56,324 bases of DNA from Balamuthia mandrillaris (lineage: Eukaryota), in assembly GCA_031835245.2 (NCBI GenBank), contig JAVKOQ020000006.1:434001-490324 (forward strand), written 5' to 3'. The position numbers and the translations under genes were made by a program. The notes below the pieces were generated by a model. That model did not search any database, was not told where the DNA came from, and saw nothing but the letters and a program-made list of their open reading frames with translations. This document shows, one piece after another, positions 52,621-56,324 of the stretch. Within the stretch, counting starts at the first letter, position 1. The number at the start of each line of letters is the position of its first letter.

Positions 52621-55600
52621 GGTAAACGTCCCACCCCACCACGCTAAAAGTCCCACCCCTTCGGTAAACGTCCCACCCCTCAGGTAATTTACCCACCCTA
52701 ATATGTATTTATAACAACCTATTATTTTTGTGCTATTTTGCCACCAAAGCGTGCGCTGGCCATTATTTTAGAGAGTGGAGAAAAGGGATCAGAAAAATCA
52801 AAAATTTATTTTTTAGGGGGCTTTTTTTTTTTCGTTTTGTTCTTTTGGCCAGTCTTTTCTTTGTCACGCTGGGCACCTTTTCTTCGTTCTGTTCTTTTTT
52901 TTGAGGAGAGAGGAGCTTCACGACCTGTGTTTTCTGGTACCGTGGGTTGGGCTTCAGTTGTCGTTTTGGAGAGAGAGGCTTCCTTTTGTCCACTCGGGGA
53001 TCCTGGTAGTTCACCACGGGTGCGACGCCATAGATCTCTTCCGTTTTACAGTTCTTTTGCCATTGAGAGGTACGCTTTGCTTTGCACTCTTCAAAAATGA
53101 CAAACATCAACTTCAGAAAAAGAATCTGCTTGATACAAAAAGTGACAAACATACCACTTTGCGTTTTTGTTTTTTGATTTTGTTGTTTTTTTGGTGCAGC
53201 CGCCGCCACCGCCGCTGCCTTTTTCTTTGTTGTTTCAGGTTTTGTTAAATTTGATTGAAAGGTACGTTCGGTTTCTGGTGTTTGTGTGAGGTGTTAGCTA
53301 AAAGTAGGAAAGGAGGGAGAGATTTTGTTTAAAAAAAAGAGATACTAACTTAATTCAAGCAAACATTCTTCTGTGAGTCGCAGGTTGGTTGCTACTTTCG
53401 GCCTCTTTGTTGTTTTGCGCGGCCTCCCAGGTGATGACTTCCCTGTAGCATATGCGATTGCTTGTTCTGCTTCTTCCTTGCTAGAGTACTCGATTTTTGG
53501 CTCCACTGGATGTTGATGCTTTGTTCCTTGATTTTTGTTTGCATTCAGTTTGTCTTTCTCCTTTTCCTTCTCCTCCTCCTCCTTCTCCTCCTTCTCCTCC
53601 TTCTCTTCTTTCTTATTGTTGTGTTCTTCTCCTTCAGAAGTTTCTTCCTCAAGATCTCCGCCGTCGTCCTCACCAAGTTCATCCATCGATGGCTCCTCCA
53701 ACAGTAGCAGCGCCTGCTGTTCCTCGTCCTGTTCATCTCCCTCCTCTCCTTCCACATCTTCATCATCAAGGGTAACAGGCGCTACACGTTGCTCCAGGGA
53801 GTCAGTATCATCTGCTTCAACGATGTCATCTTCAACTATTCTTGCCACTTGTGAGGTGCTGCTGTTGGTGCGTCTTGTTTGTCTTTTCAGCCCAAGCTCT
53901 AAAAGGTTCTGATCTGAAAATGTTTTCTGTAGATGAGCAGCAAGTCCAAAAACGTGTTTGCACCTCCTACCATAATACCGAAAGTAAGGACAGGTGCATG
54001 AAGGCAATTCTATAGTCACGGCGTACTCATTCCATTTGAAAACGCCGTCAGCAAGCTCTACAAAATGTGCGTTCAATCCTTCTTCTACCTCTTTTTCCTC
54101 TCTGTCGTTGTTGTTGTCATCGTTTTTGCTGCCATTCTCTATTTCTTCTTTTTCTTTCTGTTTCTCACTCTGTTGGTGCTGTGCCAGCCGCAATCCCTCT
54201 TGATATCTCCTCCAAAGCCGGCAAACACCAAGGCTTGGGCGTTGCTGTAGTACATCGATGCGGTTGAGCTCCACATTGTAGCGGCGAAACACATTGTCTG
54301 CTAGCGTTAAGCCCAAGTTGTGATCCCCTTTGGTGCCTTTGCAGTGGAAATCACGAAGAATGCTACGAAAGATCGTCTCTGTTGCATTGTTGGTATTCCA
54401 CAAGCCCTCTCGGTACCCAGGACGATCAATGCTTTTCCACGTTGATGCCCATGGAGGAGAAAGCCAGTTCTTGTCAAAGTACTGCCAAAAACGGGTAATC
54501 CTCTTTTTTTGGCAATAGTTCTTCAACACTTTTGTTGCTTCTTCCTCTGCATCTTCTGTCATGGCATGTTGCAGTCTTTTTAACAAACCCAATACACTTC
54601 CATCATCCTTCCCTTGTTGTTTGGTATTATTGTTAGTTTCTACTTGTATGGGCAACAACGAGAGGGAGAGAGCAGATGCATGAAAGAGAGAGAACAAACC
54701 ATACTGCGCAACTTTTTTTCTCCACAGTTGTTGTGCATGAAAGTCACACAACACCACCTGAAAGCCAGCACTTGTCGCCCCGTTACGCTCCACCTTGTCT
54801 TTGTCGATCATTACGAAGGGTTGCCACGTAGGTTTTGGGGAGTAGATCGTTGTCGTCTGTGTCTCAAAAAAGTGACGAACAGACGAAAGGAAAAAGCGCA
54901 CAACTGCTGCGCGTTCCTTGCTAGCAACAGCGAAGGCAACAGGCCAGCTCCGTCCCAAGTCATCTTGCACCACCAGTGCCCAAACGGGGTGATGTGACTT
55001 GGATAGCTTGTAGATGCTGTCCAGGCCGACTACATCCTTACCCCATCGCTGAAGCACAGTGACTGCATAAGGCGCGATCAGAAAAATCATCCATGGCCGA
55101 CGGGCCGCCGTGCGAGCAAGGATGTACGTTTCACGGCTCTCCAAAGGTGGGAAAAGGATAGTAGAAGCCAGTTCTGGCCGATTCAAGGCCTCTTGGAGGG
55201 CTTCTGCTCTGGTTTGCCCTTTCTTGCCGATTCGCAGTTTTTTCCTTCCGTTGTGGATTACAGTGGCAATCTCCTGCACAGTGGGTTCATCCCGAGCATC
55301 CTTGACCAGCTCACAAGCGCCCCCCAGCAACATTCGTTGCAGCTCGTGCGCCGTCATTGCTCCTCCTCTCCCATTCATTCCGTCTTCTTTTGTTCCTTGC
55401 CCATCCATCTGGCGGAGCCACTGCCGAAGCGCAGGTGGCATAGGCAAAGCGGAAGGCGCGCAAAACCCAGGTCCGTGGCTTTGGGCTTCCTTCTGGATGT
55501 AGATGTAGGCAGTGTTTAGCTCATCTCTAAACACCACCCAACGGCTTTGTACTTCACAGTCCTTTAGTTTTTTGTTCTTCTTTCCTCTTGCAGGAGGAGC

Positions 55601-56318
55601 ACAGGCAAAGCCGCCAGAGCAGTGAAGATTCTCGCTGAGTGCAACCTCAAGGACCCCATTCTTCACCTTCTTGACTTTAGGCGCCACCAACACTTTCACT
55701 CCTTCAAGGGTGGTCCGCGGATTACTAAGCACCTTCACTCCTGTTCGCTTTGTAAGCCCACGAGTTGATCTCCATTGGACTCGATAAAAGGTCGGAGCAT
55801 CCTCTCCACCATTGTACAACCGTGAAAGCTGCTGCAATGGAACCTTTCGTTCAAAAATCCACCCGTAAATCTCGGCAAATCTTTTTTTCTTCGCTTCCAT
55901 AATGAGAAAAAAAAAAAAGGAAAAAACAAAAAGCCAAACAAACAAAAAAGGTGTGTGATGGTTGTGTGTAGCTGTTTCTAGTTGAAAGAAAAAAGTTAAA
56001 GAAGAAGACCTTGTTACAACCCAAGAAAAAGTAACGGTAACGTTATTGAAAAAAAAAGGCGGGAACAAAAAGAAAAGTATGGCGGGCAAGAATGGTGAGA
56101 GGAATAACCGTTGACCAAGGATACAGCATGCTTTCAAATCCTGACAGTTTCTTTTACAACGGTTATTCCTCTCGCCAAGCAAAGAGAAACACAGTAGCAA
56201 TGTAACGATAGAGTTACTCATAATTCATGTCACCCTAATAGGTTGGGACTTTTACCTGAGGGGTGGAATTTTTATCGGTGGGGTGGGAAGTTTATGGTCG
56301 TGGGGTGGGATATCTACC
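52621..56318. mobile_element. Mutator/MULE DNA transposon, about 3.7 kb
   Basis: The transposase gene is bracketed by 82-bp inverted repeats (52621-52702 and 56237-56318; 62/82 identical, ungapped, hand count), both starting with GG. No TSD visible. Confidence 0.85.
52763..55900 (-). CDS. MULE DDE transposase with SWIM finger; about 3 introns
   Basis: VVGLDSIYK (D1), PVAFAV, VMIDKD (D2), LCDFH, TNNATE (E), SWIM CTCPYF...CKH, AT-hook-like PGRPRK and an N-terminal C/H cluster. C-terminal exons from 53274 join in frame. Confidence 0.9.
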
Positions 56319-56324
56319 ATTTTT

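Noticed and set aside
52621..52702. CRISPR-like or telomeric array
   Set aside because: Eukaryotic context, no unique spacers or cas genes, and an inverted partner at 56237-56318 identifies it as a TIR.
55901..56221. N-terminal 107 aa of the 958-aa ORF
   Set aside because: T-rich, Phe-heavy leader that looks like UTR or intron; MEAKKKRF at 55900 is the more plausible start.
52611..56324. Target-site duplication for the MULE
   Set aside because: The flanks do not match, and only 6 bp of right flank are in the window.

Overview
Intron-rich eukaryotic DNA with roughly 21 tightly packed protein-coding genes. Introns are short, pyrimidine-rich and full of microsatellites. The style suggests a free-living amoebozoan such as Balamuthia or a relative (inference only). 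Left to right: a secreted YHYH protein (missed by the ORF track), an atypical Rho-like GTPase, a Suv4-20-like SET protein, a PF13350-type phosphatase, ERMARD, a coiled-coil protein, a CsbD-like protein, VPS41, an NMNAT, a single-pass receptor-like RasGAP, a surface protein, meiotic TEX11/ZIP4, ARPC5, an Nkp2/Cnl2-like protein, UBA1, an HEXXH metalloprotease, a CAP protein, a 2-TM protein, a GRDP-ubiquitin-like fusion, a GATase-like-domain gene, and a Mutator (MULE) transposon with both TIRs. The strongest hidden signal is in UBA1. It has a minor-spliceosome AT-AC intron (41525-41836) enclosing a structured box C/D snoRNA predicted to guide 2'-O-methylation of U6 snRNA. An upstream intron holds a second, SNORD76/U24-like snoRNA. 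A TGTCGAC motif recurs upstream of many genes. All family assignments come from motif recognition by eye, not from database searches.
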